42,388 bases of DNA from Anaerolineae bacterium (GTDB lineage Bacteria; Chloroflexota; Anaerolineae; Epilineales; Epilineaceae), in NCBI GenBank assembly GCA_029262755.1, contig JAJCYU010000044.1, positions 1 through 42,388 of the forward strand. Reading direction: 5' to 3'. Position 1 is the first letter of the stretch. The number at the start of each line of letters is the position of its first letter. The notes beneath the pieces were generated by a model. That model had not been told where the DNA came from. It searched no databases and saw nothing but the letters and a program-made list of their open reading frames with translations. This document shows positions 1 through 9,780 of the stretch, in pieces. The position numbers were made by a program, and so were the translations under genes.

Positions 1-75
1 CGTCCGCGAGCCGGCGGTTGCCGGTGCGCCTTTCGTCGGGAGTTTCGGCGTGAACTGGGGGTCGAGGCGCTTCAT
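1..75 (-). CDS. N-terminal part of a hypothetical protein running off the window start (MKRLDPQFTPKLPTKGAPATAGSRT...)
   Basis: Minus-strand ATG at 75 preceded by a GAGAGG SD-like sequence; open to position 1; too short to assign. Confidence 0.4.
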   Translation of the reverse strand, partial: MKRLDPQFTPKLPTKGAPATAGSRT

Positions 76-499
76 CGGGCACTTCCTCTCGTCGGCGGTG
101 GCCTGGGGCGGCGGACCGGGACGTGGCTAGATGGGTTGCGATCTTTATGGCGCGGCTGCGAGGCGTGGCTACCGTGCGCAAATCCAATCGGAGCCCGAGC
201 CACGCAGAGTATGACGCGAGCGGTGGGTGGAGGTGGACGTGGACGTTGTCGCGACGAATCCGTGGATCGGCGACGTACGTGGTCGGACGAAGGCGGTTCA
301 TGCTAACGAGTCGGGGCTCGATGCACGAAGAGGGTGAACGTCTCACACCCTAATGCTAACACCGCTGCACGCGTCACGTTCGCCGCGGTCTTGGCCCGCG
401 ACCCGCGCACGTCCACAATCGGCGTCCGCCGCCGCGCACGGCATGCAACAGTAGCGCCGGCCCCCGGCGGTTGGGACAGGCATGCAATCGGGAGAGGTC

Positions 500-1234
500 A
501 TGGCCGATCAACCAGAAGCGCGACAGCACGAAGACGTGGCCGCGCTCCTCGCTGAGCAGCGCGCGTATTACCGCGCGCGGGCCGCCGAGTACGACGAATG
601 GTGGCTGCGGCGCGGACGCTACGATCGCGGCCCCATCGCGAACGTGCAGTGGTTCGCCGAAACCGCACGGGTTGAGCGCGCCTTGGCCGACGTCGGCCCC
701 GTCGACGATGCGATCGAGCTGGCCTGCGGCACGGGGCTGTGGACGGAGCGACTAGCGGCATCCTGTAAGCGCCTGACCGCAATCGACGCTTCGACGGAGA
801 TGCTAGCCGTCGCGGAGGCGCGCGTCCCCGATTCGCACGTGACATTCCAGCAAGCCGATCTCTTCAGCTGGCAGCCCGAGCGCCAGGTCGACCTTGTCGT
901 GTTCACGTTCTGGCTCTCCCACGTGCCCCTGGAGCGCTTCGACGCCTTCTGGGCGACCGTGGCCTCGGCCCTGAAGCCCGGCGGCCGCGTCTTCTTCGTC
1001 GATTCGCGCTACACCCCGGACTCGACGGCCGTCGATCACTGGCTGCCGGACCGGGGCGACGGCGTCGTCGAGCGCAAGCTCAACGACGGGCAGCGCTTCC
1101 GAATCGTAAAGATCTTCCACGAGCCGACCGAGCTCTCCGCCAGGCTGTCCGCGCTAGGCTGGGACATCGGCGTCCGGGCGAGCGGCGAGCACTTCTACTG
1201 GGGGCTTGGCGGACGGCTAGGCGACGCGCGGTGA
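500..1234 (+). CDS. Class I SAM-dependent methyltransferase (244 aa)
   Basis: Motif I ELACGTG, acidic motif AIDAS, QQADLF, FWLSHVP and LKPGG. ATG 500 follows GGAGAGG and is preferred over 482. Confidence 0.9.
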   Translation: MADQPEARQHEDVAALLAEQRAYYRARAAEYDEWWLRRGRYDRGPIANVQWFAETARVERALADVGPVDDAIELACGTGLWTERLAASCKRLTAIDASTEMLAVAEARVPDSHVTFQQADLFSWQPERQVDLVVFTFWLSHVPLERFDAFWATVASALKPGGRVFFVDSRYTPDSTAVDHWLPDRGDGVVERKLNDGQRFRIVKIFHEPTELSARLSALGWDIGVRASGEHFYWGLGGRLGDAR

Positions 1235-1644
1235 GGGGGATGCGTCCGCGTTCCAAGCAGCCCACGTGCCGGGCCATCCTACGCATGAGCAGGGCTCGTT
1301 GTGATATCCTCGGCGCCCCTCCGGATGCCCCGACGCACGACGGACGTAACGGCCGTTCGATGCGGCGCGAAACAATGTTCGCCGCAATCGCCCAATGGAT
1401 GGCCATCGCCGTCGCCGTCGCTATCACCGCCGCGGTCGCCACTTCCTTGGCAACTACCGCAGTCGCCGCAGCCCTCGCAGCTACCACCGTCGCCGCAGCC
1501 GTCGCCACTACACTCGCAACCACAGCCGTCGCCGTCGCCGCCGCAGTATCCGTCGCGCTGTTCGAGCCATCACGTCGACGTCGACCGCACGGACCCGTCC
1601 CTTGGGAGACTCCGCCGATGATCGCCACGAGGTCCTGCCCATGA
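1231..1644 (+). CDS. Possible low-complexity Ala/Val/Thr-rich hydrophobic protein (doubtful)
   Basis: The frame fills the gap exactly, with a GTGA overlap on the upstream stop and an ATGA overlap on the downstream start; no recognisable domain. Confidence 0.25.
   Translation: MRGMRPRSKQPTCRAILRMSRARCDILGAPPDAPTHDGRNGRSMRRETMFAAIAQWMAIAVAVAITAAVATSLATTAVAAALAATTVAAAVATTLATTAVAVAAAVSVALFEPSRRRRPHGPVPWETPPMIATRSCP
1402..1551. repeat. Degenerate low-complexity GCC/GTC/GCA/ACC triplet repeat tract
   Basis: Recurrent gccgtcgcc and gccgcagcc units; open and low-complexity in several frames. Confidence 0.7.
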
Positions 1645-2708
1645 CCCGTCCGCCATTCGAGATCGGCCTCTATTCCTTCGCGGAGCGGACGCCGGACGCC
1701 GGGACGGGGCGGATGATCGGCGCAGACGAGCGGCTCGCGCATTTGCTCGAGACGGTCGAGTTGGCCGATCAAGTGGGGCTCGACGTTTTCGGGCTCGGCG
1801 AGCATCACCGGCCTGATTTCGTCTCGTCGGCACCGGCCGTGATCCTTGCCGCGGCGGCGGCGCGCACGAAGCGCATTCGCCTTACAAGCGCCGTGTCGGT
1901 GCTCAGCTCGGACGATCCGGTTCGCGTATATCAGGACTTTGCCACGCTCGATCTGCTCTCGGGCGGGCGGGCCGAGATCATGGCCGGACGCGGCTCCTTC
2001 GTGGAGTCCTTCCCGCTCTTCGGCTATGACCTCGATGACTATGACCAACTGTTCAGATAGAAGCTCGACCTGCTGCTTGCCGTGCGCGACCAAGAGCAGG
2101 TCCATTGGTCCGGCTCGCACCGTCCGGTGCTAACGGGGCAGGGCGTATATCCGCGCTCGTTGCAGAGCCCGTTGCCGGTGTGGCTCGCGGTCGGGGGCAC
2201 GCCCGCCTCGGTCGTGCGCGCGGGCACGCTCGGGCTGCCGTTGGCTCTGGCGATCATCGGCGGCGAGCCGGCGCGCTTCGCGCCGCTGCGCACGCTCTAT
2301 GACGAGGCCGGCCGACGCGCCGGTCATGCGCCCGAGACCCTACGCTTCAGCCTCAACGTGCACGGCTTCCTGGCCGACGACCGGCGCACGGCCATCGACA
2401 CGGCGGCGCCCGCCTTTTTGCAAGTCATGAACCGCATCGGCGGCGAGCGCGGCTGGCCGCCGATGAGCCGCGCGCAATTCGAGGAAACCTGCACGCTGCA
2501 CGGCGCGAACATGGTCGGCTCGCCCGAAGAGGCCATCGAGAAGATCCTGTTCCAACACGAGCTCTTCGGTCACGACCGCCTGCTCGTCCAACTCTCCGTG
2601 GGCACCCTGCCGCATGACGCGGTGATGCACGCCGTCGAGCTGCTCGGCACGAAGGTGGCGCCGGCGGTGCGCGCGGAGATCGCAAGACGTACGGAGGTGC
2701 GCTCGTGA
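1641..2708 (+). pseudogene. LLM class flavin-dependent oxidoreductase (luciferase-like monooxygenase) interrupted by an in-frame TAG at 2058-2060
   Basis: Motifs [52 protein letters not shown] and [10 protein letters not shown]. Track ORFs 1395-2060 and 2082-2708 share one frame and read DQLFR*KLDLLL. Confidence 0.85.
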
Positions 2709-3199
2709 GCGATGAGCTGCAAGCAGGCGTCGAGCAGGAAGACGTTCCGGGCGGGGTGCCGCGCGGTGATACGGACGAACAGGCTCCGCCGCCAACTCTG
2801 CCGCCGCCACAGTCCTCGACGACGAGGCCGCCCCCACGCCGCGGCCTCGTGTTCGCCGCGCTTGCGTTGCTGCTACTCCTTCCCGTGACCTATCTCTTCA
2901 TGCGGCGCCCGCCGCGGCCGGGAGTCGACACGCTCGCCGGTCGGGCGACCGTGGCAGCGCAGGCGACGAGGATCGCCGGGCGAGAAGCGACACGCGCGGC
3001 GGATCTGGACGATGCGTGGGCGACGACCTCGGCCGAGCGCGCGGACTCGCTCAACCTGATGTTCGACGAGGTGCGTGCCACCGCGACCGCGTTCGCGGAC
3101 AACGCGGCCGCCGAGACCGCGGAGGCCGCGGAGGCCGGCGGCGGGGTTCCGGAGGGTACTTCGACGATGATCGCGCCCGGGGCTACTACGGATCCCTAG
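2705..3199 (+). CDS. Hypothetical single-pass membrane protein with a Pro-rich N-terminal region
   Basis: GTGA overlap with the upstream stop; hydrophobic segment [19 protein letters not shown] flanked by Arg clusters. Confidence 0.7.
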   Translation: MSDELQAGVEQEDVPGGVPRGDTDEQAPPPTLPPPQSSTTRPPPRRGLVFAALALLLLLPVTYLFMRRPPRPGVDTLAGRATVAAQATRIAGREATRAADLDDAWATTSAERADSLNLMFDEVRATATAFADNAAAETAEAAEAGGGVPEGTSTMIAPGATTDP

Positions 3200-4320
3200 C
3201 GCCAGGTCGCGCCGAGTACGCGCAGCCAGTTGCCCGTGCCGATTTGCGTCAGCGCCTGATCGTCGTAGCCCGCGTCGCGCAGTGCATCGACCAGTCGGGG
3301 CAAGCCCGCGACGTCGCCGATGGCCGACGGCAGGCGGACGCCGTCGAAGTCGGAGCCGAGGACGACGTGGTCGATGCCCATGCGCGCCACCATGTAGTCG
3401 ACGTGGCGAACCATGTCGTCCAGGCTCGCGTCTTCGTCCCAGCGACCGTCTTCGCGTAGGAAGCCGACGCCGAAGTTTAGGCCGGCCAGGCCGCCCGAGT
3501 CGCGGATGGCGTCCAGCTGGCGGTCGGTAAGGTTGCGCGTCATCCCGCACAACGCGAAGGCGTTGGAATGGGTGGCCACCAAGGGGGCGGTGCTGTGCTC
3601 GGCGACGTCCCAGAAGCCTTGTTCGTTGAGGTGGGATAGGTCGAAGAGGATCCCGAGGCGGTTGCAGGCGGCTAGCAGGCGCCGCCCGGCTTCGGTGAGG
3701 CCTGGGCCCGTGTCCGGGCCGGCCATCCGGAAAGGGACACCCTCCGCGAAGGCGTTGCCGCGGCTCCAAACGGGGCCGAGGGAACGCAGGCCGGCGCGGT
3801 ACCACAGCTCGAGCCCGTCGAGATCGGGGTCGATCGGCTCGGCGCCCTCCAAGTGCAGGATTGCGGCGATCGCACCGTCCTCAAGGCAGCCGCGTAGATC
3901 CGCGACGGTGCGCACAACCCGCAGCGCGCCTTCGCTCCCGGCCTCGATGCGGAAAAGATCGGCCGCCATGGCCGTCGCGGCGCGGGCCGCATAGCCGTCG
4001 TCCACCGCGGGCGGCAGACCGTCCGGCGGACCCGAAGGCTTCACGGCGCCGGCGGCTGCAGCGGCCTCGTCCGCCACCCGCTCCGCCTCCCGCTCCGCCG
4101 CCGGCCGAAACTCCAACCCGGCCGGAGGCCTGTTCGGGATGAAGCAGGCGAAAAAGCCGCCCGCGAATCCGCCGGCGCGGGCGCGTGCCAGGTCCAGGTG
4201 GCCCTCCGGATGGCCATCAAGGAACGCGGCCACGGGGTCCACGCCGTCGCGCCGATAGCGCAGCAGTGTGTCGTTGTGGCCGTCCAGAATCGGCAGCGCC
4301 CGCACCCGCGCCGGCGTCAC
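3196..4320 (-). CDS. Membrane/renal-type dipeptidase, peptidase family M19
   Basis: Motifs DGHND, LHLEGAE, DLSH, ATHSN, RNLTD and LGSDFDG. Confidence 0.93.
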   Translation of the reverse strand: MTPARVRALPILDGHNDTLLRYRRDGVDPVAAFLDGHPEGHLDLARARAGGFAGGFFACFIPNRPPAGLEFRPAAEREAERVADEAAAAAGAVKPSGPPDGLPPAVDDGYAARAATAMAADLFRIEAGSEGALRVVRTVADLRGCLEDGAIAAILHLEGAEPIDPDLDGLELWYRAGLRSLGPVWSRGNAFAEGVPFRMAGPDTGPGLTEAGRRLLAACNRLGILFDLSHLNEQGFWDVAEHSTAPLVATHSNAFALCGMTRNLTDRQLDAIRDSGGLAGLNFGVGFLREDGRWDEDASLDDMVRHVDYMVARMGIDHVVLGSDFDGVRLPSAIGDVAGLPRLVDALRDAGYDDQALTQIGTGNWLRVLGATWR

Positions 4321-4913
4321 GCGTGCTGCTCCATTAGCGCCACCAACTCGATCAATTCCTTCTCGCGCGCCATACCGAGCGAAGACTGATCCTGGTAGTT
4401 CTTCGCGTTGGGGTCGGCCCCGTGTTCGAGCAGCAAGGCCACCAGGTCGTGGTCCTTGTGCATCACGGCCAGGTGCAGCGGATCGTTGCTGGCGCCGTCG
4501 GCCACCGTGTTGGGGGATAGGCCGCGTTCGAGCAGGTCGGCCACGAGGGTCTCATGCCCGCTGACGACCGCATGGACGAGCAAGCCCATGCCGTGGCCGC
4601 CCTTGTCGTCCTTGAGCGAGGGATCCGCGTCGAGGGCGGCGAGTACCTCGTCGCGCGAACCCTGCGCGGCGGCCGTGCACAGCGCACGCTCCGCGCCTTC
4701 TTCGAGCAGCCAGGTCATGATCGCCTGGTTGCCCACATGGGCGGCTGCTTGGATAGGCAGCTCATGGACTAGGGACCGCCGGTGGAGCATGCCGGGGTGC
4801 TCGGCGAGCATGGCGCGCGCGGCGTCGATGTCGAAGTGGCAGACGCCCACGAAGCGGTTGACCATGTCCTGGTCGAATTTGTCGTCGGGGTTCGTCGCGG
4901 TCGGGGAGGTCAT
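4317..4913 (-). CDS. Ankyrin repeat protein (198 aa)
   Basis: PIQAAAHVGN, PLHLAV...LVALLLEHGADPNAKN repeats; ATG 4913 has a GGAG SD; stop overlaps the dipeptidase GTG start. Confidence 0.85.
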   Translation of the reverse strand: MTSPTATNPDDKFDQDMVNRFVGVCHFDIDAARAMLAEHPGMLHRRSLVHELPIQAAAHVGNQAIMTWLLEEGAERALCTAAAQGSRDEVLAALDADPSLKDDKGGHGMGLLVHAVVSGHETLVADLLERGLSPNTVADGASNDPLHLAVMHKDHDLVALLLEHGADPNAKNYQDQSSLGMAREKELIELVALMEQHA

Positions 4914-5186
4914 GGGGCAGACTCCAGATTGTTGGGGGCCGAGGAAGGTATGCTTCCGGGCAACGGAGGGTAGCACGGGGCGCCGTACGCGCACCTGAAC
5001 GGGATAGGAACGGGTCGAGCGGGCGGGGGTTCAATCGCGCGCACGGCGCATTGGCTCCCTCACTATCCACATCTCCAGGCGCGATTGGTTACTATGGAGT
5101 CCCGGCACGGGGGCGTGGCGCCAACCCGAGCGTGAGCCGAGTGAAACGGGGCCGATCCAGGGTAGCGCCCCAACACGGAGACCCAT

Positions 5187-5786
5187 ATGTCCGAACGCCA
5201 AGGATGCTCGCTGCGGCCCTTAGGCTGCTTGGCCGTCTTGTTGCTCTGCGGACTATGCTCGACGGGGACGGTGCTGGGGATCCGCAACGCGGCGACGCGG
5301 GGTTGGATCGACGCGCCCGAACTACCCGACCTACCTGCCTGGGGCGAGGTCCGCGGGACGGAAGATTCGTTCCCTGCTGCCGGGCGGACGAACGGGCAAG
5401 CCACGGCCCCGGAGGGCGCCCTGAATGCAACGAGCGAGGCCACCGCCCCGGCGAGCACTCCGCTGCCGACGCTGCTTCCGCCCCGCGCGGCGACCGACGA
5501 GGAACTCTATATCGTGTCGTATATCGAGTCGTATGCGGATGCGTACCGCGGTAGAACGGGATCGGCCCAAATCGGCCGCGCGCAGCTCTTCCTGGACGGG
5601 GAGGGTGGTATTCGGGTGGAACTTCGGCCCGCCGGACCGCGCCAGCCGGAGGAGGAATGGTTCTACACCGGGCGCACGTTCTGGGGCCGGGCAAAGATCA
5701 AGCGGGAGGTCGCGATGCCGAACGGCGAGAACGGCGGCTCGCAACGCTGGCAGTGGACCGGCGATGGGTGGAAGCACGTTCGCTGA
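5187..5786 (+). CDS. Hypothetical membrane-anchored or secreted protein
   Basis: GGAG SD; Cys-containing hydrophobic N-terminus, Pro/Thr linker, small aromatic-rich C-terminal domain. Confidence 0.7.
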   Translation: MSERQGCSLRPLGCLAVLLLCGLCSTGTVLGIRNAATRGWIDAPELPDLPAWGEVRGTEDSFPAAGRTNGQATAPEGALNATSEATAPASTPLPTLLPPRAATDEELYIVSYIESYADAYRGRTGSAQIGRAQLFLDGEGGIRVELRPAGPRQPEEEWFYTGRTFWGRAKIKREVAMPNGENGGSQRWQWTGDGWKHVR

Positions 5787-5824
5787 GCACGGTGACGGCG
5801 CGCGGAAAGCCCACCCGCCGCACT

Positions 5825-7714
5825 CTAGGTGGTGGCCGCCGACCCGACGCCCACGAAGCCCTCGCCCGGCACGTAGTCCGGCGATTGGTGGCGGAAGTAG
5901 GCGTTGTACAGTTCGGCGTAGTGGCCGCCGGCGGCGATGAGGGCCTCGTGGCTGCCTTCCTCGATGATGCCGCCGTCGGCCAGGACGATGATCCGGTCCG
6001 CGCCGACGATCGTGCTCAGGCGGTGGGCGATGATGATCGCGGTGCGCGCGGCGAGCACCACGTCGAGGCCCTCTTGGATCTGGGCCTCGGTGAGCGGATC
6101 GACGCTGGCCGTAGCCTCGTCGAGGATCACCATGGCCGGGTCCTGCAGCAGCACCCGCGCGAGTACGACCAGCTGACGCTGGCCCATCGACAGGCCTTGT
6201 CCGCCCTCGCCGACCGGCGTCTCCAGGCCGCGGGGCATGGCCGCCAGCCAGTCGCCGCCGCCGATACCGCGCGCCGCCGCGAGCACCTGCGCCTCGTCGG
6301 CGTCGGGGCGGCCGTAGCGAATGTTGTCCGCGACGCTGCCGGTGAAGAGGAAGGGCGACTGGGGCACGATTCCGAGACGGCGCCGGTACGAGGCGAGGTC
6401 GAAATCGCGGATGTCGATGCCGTCCACCTGGATCGTCCCGGCCTGAAACTCGTAGAAGCGCGAGATCAGCTTGACGATGGACGACTTGCCCGCACCCGTA
6501 TGCCCGACCAAGGCCACCGTCTCGCCGGCGGCGATATCGAGGTCGAAGGCACGCAGCACCGGCTCGCCGGGCACGTAGTGGAAGTCCACGCCAGTGAAGG
6601 TCACGTGGCCGGCGAGCTCGTCGGCCGGCCGGGTGTCGTGCTGCACGACGCGCGGCTCGGCGTCGATGAGCGCGAAGACGCGCTCGCTGGCCGAGAGGCC
6701 CTGCTGGAACTGGCTCCAGAACGAGGCGATGCCGGTCAGCGGGAACCAGAAGATCCCGATGGCCTGGACGAAGAAGTACCACTCACCTGGCGAGACGACG
6801 CCGCTGAGGGTCATGCGGCCGCCGAAGAGAATGATCAACACGGTGCCGACGCCGGCGATCGTGCCCAGGATCGGGAAGATCGAGGAGAACACGTAGCCCT
6901 GGCGCAGGTTCACGCCGTAGCTCTGGACGTTGATGTCCGCGAACTCCTCGTAGATCGAGCCCTCTTGCCGGAAGGCCTTCGCCACGCCGATGCCGCGCAC
7001 GGACTCCTGCACGTTGCTGTTGACCGAGGCCAAGATGCGCCGCGCGTCGCGCGTAGTGCGGCGCGCGATCCGGCGGAAGGAGAGTGCCGCCGCCACGACC
7101 GCGGGCGCGATGATCATCGCCATCAGGGCCAAGCGTACGTTGACGTAAAAGAGCGCGCCCACGATCAGCACCACGAGCAGCGCCTGGCTGAGCAGGTTCA
7201 GCGTGAGCGTGACGACCGTCGCGAAGTCCTGCGTGTCCGACGTGACGCGGCTGACGATCTTGCCGGACGCGTTTTCGTCGTAGAAGGACATGTCGCGCGC
7301 CATGACCGCGTCGAAGGCGTCGCGCCGCAGCTGCAGCACCACGTCGCCGACGGTGCGGGCGGTGATCCACTGGCGGATGAAGTTGAAGGTCCAGGACAGC
7401 ACGCCCGATGCGAGGATGGCGACGACGATGAGCGCGATCTGCGCTTCACGCGGGGCAAGGCCGGTCCAGCCGGAAAGGACGCCCAACCACCCGCCCGCCG
7501 CGTCGATCTGCGTGACGCCGAGCAGGTCGATGCCGCGCGAGATCACGATCGGCAGCACGGTGTCCATCAGCGAGTTCAGCACGACCATGGCGGCCACGAG
7601 GATCATCATGCGGCGCACGGGCCCGAAGTACGCCACGATGCGGCGCAGGAGCTGGCGATCGGAATAGCTGCGGTCGTAGTTGTCGGCCGCGAGGCCCTCC
7701 ATGATGAAGCCCAT
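5825..7714 (-). CDS. ABC exporter, fused permease/ATPase (half with the consensus Walker B Glu)
   Basis: TMD followed by Walker A GHTGAGKS, altered signature LSMGQRQL, Walker B ILDEAT and AHRL; GGAGG SD; 1-nt overlap with the upstream gene. Confidence 0.95.
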   Translation of the reverse strand: MGFIMEGLAADNYDRSYSDRQLLRRIVAYFGPVRRMMILVAAMVVLNSLMDTVLPIVISRGIDLLGVTQIDAAGGWLGVLSGWTGLAPREAQIALIVVAILASGVLSWTFNFIRQWITARTVGDVVLQLRRDAFDAVMARDMSFYDENASGKIVSRVTSDTQDFATVVTLTLNLLSQALLVVLIVGALFYVNVRLALMAMIIAPAVVAAALSFRRIARRTTRDARRILASVNSNVQESVRGIGVAKAFRQEGSIYEEFADINVQSYGVNLRQGYVFSSIFPILGTIAGVGTVLIILFGGRMTLSGVVSPGEWYFFVQAIGIFWFPLTGIASFWSQFQQGLSASERVFALIDAEPRVVQHDTRPADELAGHVTFTGVDFHYVPGEPVLRAFDLDIAAGETVALVGHTGAGKSSIVKLISRFYEFQAGTIQVDGIDIRDFDLASYRRRLGIVPQSPFLFTGSVADNIRYGRPDADEAQVLAAARGIGGGDWLAAMPRGLETPVGEGGQGLSMGQRQLVVLARVLLQDPAMVILDEATASVDPLTEAQIQEGLDVVLAARTAIIIAHRLSTIVGADRIIVLADGGIIEEGSHEALIAAGGHYAELYNAYFRHQSPDYVPGEGFVGVGSAATT

Positions 7715-9723
7715 CAGCCCTGCCCTCCATCACGGCTGTCTCGGTGGCCGAAGATGCGTTTGTATAACGGGTTGCGCGCGAGGAGCTCGTCGTGCGTGCC
7801 TTGATCGGCCAGCCGGCCGTTGTCCAAGATGAGGATGCGGTCCGCCCAGCGGATCTGGCTGAGGCGGTGCGTGATCAGCAGTGTCGTGCGACCCTCGAGC
7901 ACGCGGCGGATGGCCCCCTGGATCTTGTCCTCCGTGGCGCTGTCGATGGCGCTTGTGGAATCGTCCAGGATCAGGATGCGCGGGTCCGTGTTGAGCGCGC
8001 GTGCGATGGCCAGGCGTTGGCGCTGCCCACCAGAGAGCGTGGCGCCGCGCTCGCCGATCACCGTGTCGTAGCCTTCGGGCGTGTCGGTGATGAACTCGTG
8101 CGCTTGCGCTTCGTGGGCCGCCTTCTCGACCGCCTCCTGGTCGAGTACGCCGCGCGACGCGTGCGTCTCGCCGTTTTCGAGCGCGGTGCCGAGCGCATCT
8201 CCGAGCGGGACTCCATCCGTGCCCCCGTGGGCGTCGCCGGGCGTATCGCCGTGCGTATCGCCGCGCACCGTGCGGCCGAAGGCGATGTTTTCGCGGATCG
8301 GCCGCGAGAAGAGGAACACGTCCTGCTCGATGACCGAGATCTGGGAGCGCAGAGACGCCAGCGACCAATCGCGCACGTCGACGCCGTCGACCAGGACGCG
8401 TCCACCGCGCGTGTCGTAGATGCGCGACACGAGCTGTGTGAGCGTGGTCTTGCCGGAGCCGGCCTGCCCCACGATGGCGATGGTCTCGCCCGGCGCGGCG
8501 CGAAACGAGATGCCCTCGAGCACATCGCCGCCGTCCTCGTAGCCGAAGCGCACGTCCTCGAAGACGATCTCGCCCTGGATCGGCGCCGCGTGCCCGGAGA
8601 CGTTCTCGTCCATCTCGGTCTCGGCCGAGATCAGCTCCAGGATGCGTTCGGCGCCCGCCACGCCCATCTGGACGAGAGTGAAAGTGAAGATGGAGATAAA
8701 GGCGGGAAAGCGCAGGATACCCATCAAGCCGACGTATGCGATGAGCTCGCCCACCGTGATGTCGCCGGCCTCCACAAGCACGACCCCGTGGAGAAAGGCG
8801 CCGGCCAACGCGACGGACAGGATCAGCAGCGGCAGGTAGCGCGCCTGGATCTCGCCTTGTTCGACGAAGGCATCGCGGAAGTCGCGTGCGGCCGATTCGA
8901 ACTTCACCTTCTCCGCCGGCTCCTGCGCGGCTGCCTTCACGACCTCGATACCGGAAATCGTCTCGGCCAGTCCGGCGTTCATCCGGCCGAAGAGCATCCG
9001 TTGCCGTCCGGTCACCGGGTTGAGCTTGCGGGTGTAGCGGCGTAGGGCGAAGTAGAAGAGCACCGTGAAGGCCAAGGGCGCGGCCAGCAGCCGCACGTCG
9101 ATGAACGCGATGGCCACGATGGGGATGATCAAGCTCAAGAACGAGTCCAAGATCAGCGACACACCCGGGTTCATCATCGGGTTCAGCTGCCGCACGTCGT
9201 TGGTGGCGCGCGCCATGATGTCGCCCACGCGCTGCCGGTTGTGGAACGTCTGGCTCTTGCCGAGCAGGCTCACGTAGAGCTCGTCGCGGGCGTCACGCTC
9301 GAGGCGCTGGCCGAGGATCTCAACGGAGAAGGCGCTGCCAAGCTCCAGGAGGCCTTGGACGAGGATGATCGCAAGCAACGCGAGCGCAAGCTGCAGCAGG
9401 GCGGGTCCGGCGAGAGCCAACGCTTCCGCGGCCGATCCGGCGGCCGCAGAGCCCGCGGCTGATGCGGCCGCATCTCCCGCACCGCCCGCGCCGATCGTGG
9501 TGCGCACGAGGTCGAAGGCGCGCCCGGTCAGCCGCGGCACGCTTGCGCGCAGGACGCTCACCAAGAGCGTCGCGGCGACGAAGCCGATGGCGAAGTGGGG
9601 GTAGCGCAGCAGGTGCGACACGATCCAACGGACGGGGCCACGCCGATCGTAGGTATGGGCGTCCGCGAGGCGGAACTCGCTGCGGGCGACGGGTGCGTTC
9701 AGAGCATCGTTGGAGAGGGCCAT
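7714..9723 (-). CDS. ABC exporter, fused permease/ATPase (half with a degenerate Walker B)
   Basis: TMD followed by Walker A GQAGSGKT, signature LSGGQRQR, Walker B ILILDDST and THRL. Confidence 0.95.
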   Translation of the reverse strand: MALSNDALNAPVARSEFRLADAHTYDRRGPVRWIVSHLLRYPHFAIGFVAATLLVSVLRASVPRLTGRAFDLVRTTIGAGGAGDAAASAAGSAAAGSAAEALALAGPALLQLALALLAIILVQGLLELGSAFSVEILGQRLERDARDELYVSLLGKSQTFHNRQRVGDIMARATNDVRQLNPMMNPGVSLILDSFLSLIIPIVAIAFIDVRLLAAPLAFTVLFYFALRRYTRKLNPVTGRQRMLFGRMNAGLAETISGIEVVKAAAQEPAEKVKFESAARDFRDAFVEQGEIQARYLPLLILSVALAGAFLHGVVLVEAGDITVGELIAYVGLMGILRFPAFISIFTFTLVQMGVAGAERILELISAETEMDENVSGHAAPIQGEIVFEDVRFGYEDGGDVLEGISFRAAPGETIAIVGQAGSGKTTLTQLVSRIYDTRGGRVLVDGVDVRDWSLASLRSQISVIEQDVFLFSRPIRENIAFGRTVRGDTHGDTPGDAHGGTDGVPLGDALGTALENGETHASRGVLDQEAVEKAAHEAQAHEFITDTPEGYDTVIGERGATLSGGQRQRLAIARALNTDPRILILDDSTSAIDSATEDKIQGAIRRVLEGRTTLLITHRLSQIRWADRILILDNGRLADQGTHDELLARNPLYKRIFGHRDSRDGGQG

Positions 9724-9780
9724 GGAATGTCCGAGGGGGCACTGCGCCTCCGAGGCGCACGTGATCGAAAAGGGCCGTCG

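Noticed and set aside
123..555. Short ORFs 123-353 and 334-555
   Set aside because: No SD, domain or codon support; the region is better explained as a divergent promoter region.
2058..2060. Genome-wide TAG reassignment or pyrrolysine decoding
   Set aside because: TAG ends several complete-looking genes in this window (3199, 3196, 5825, 28733), and no pyl genes are visible here.
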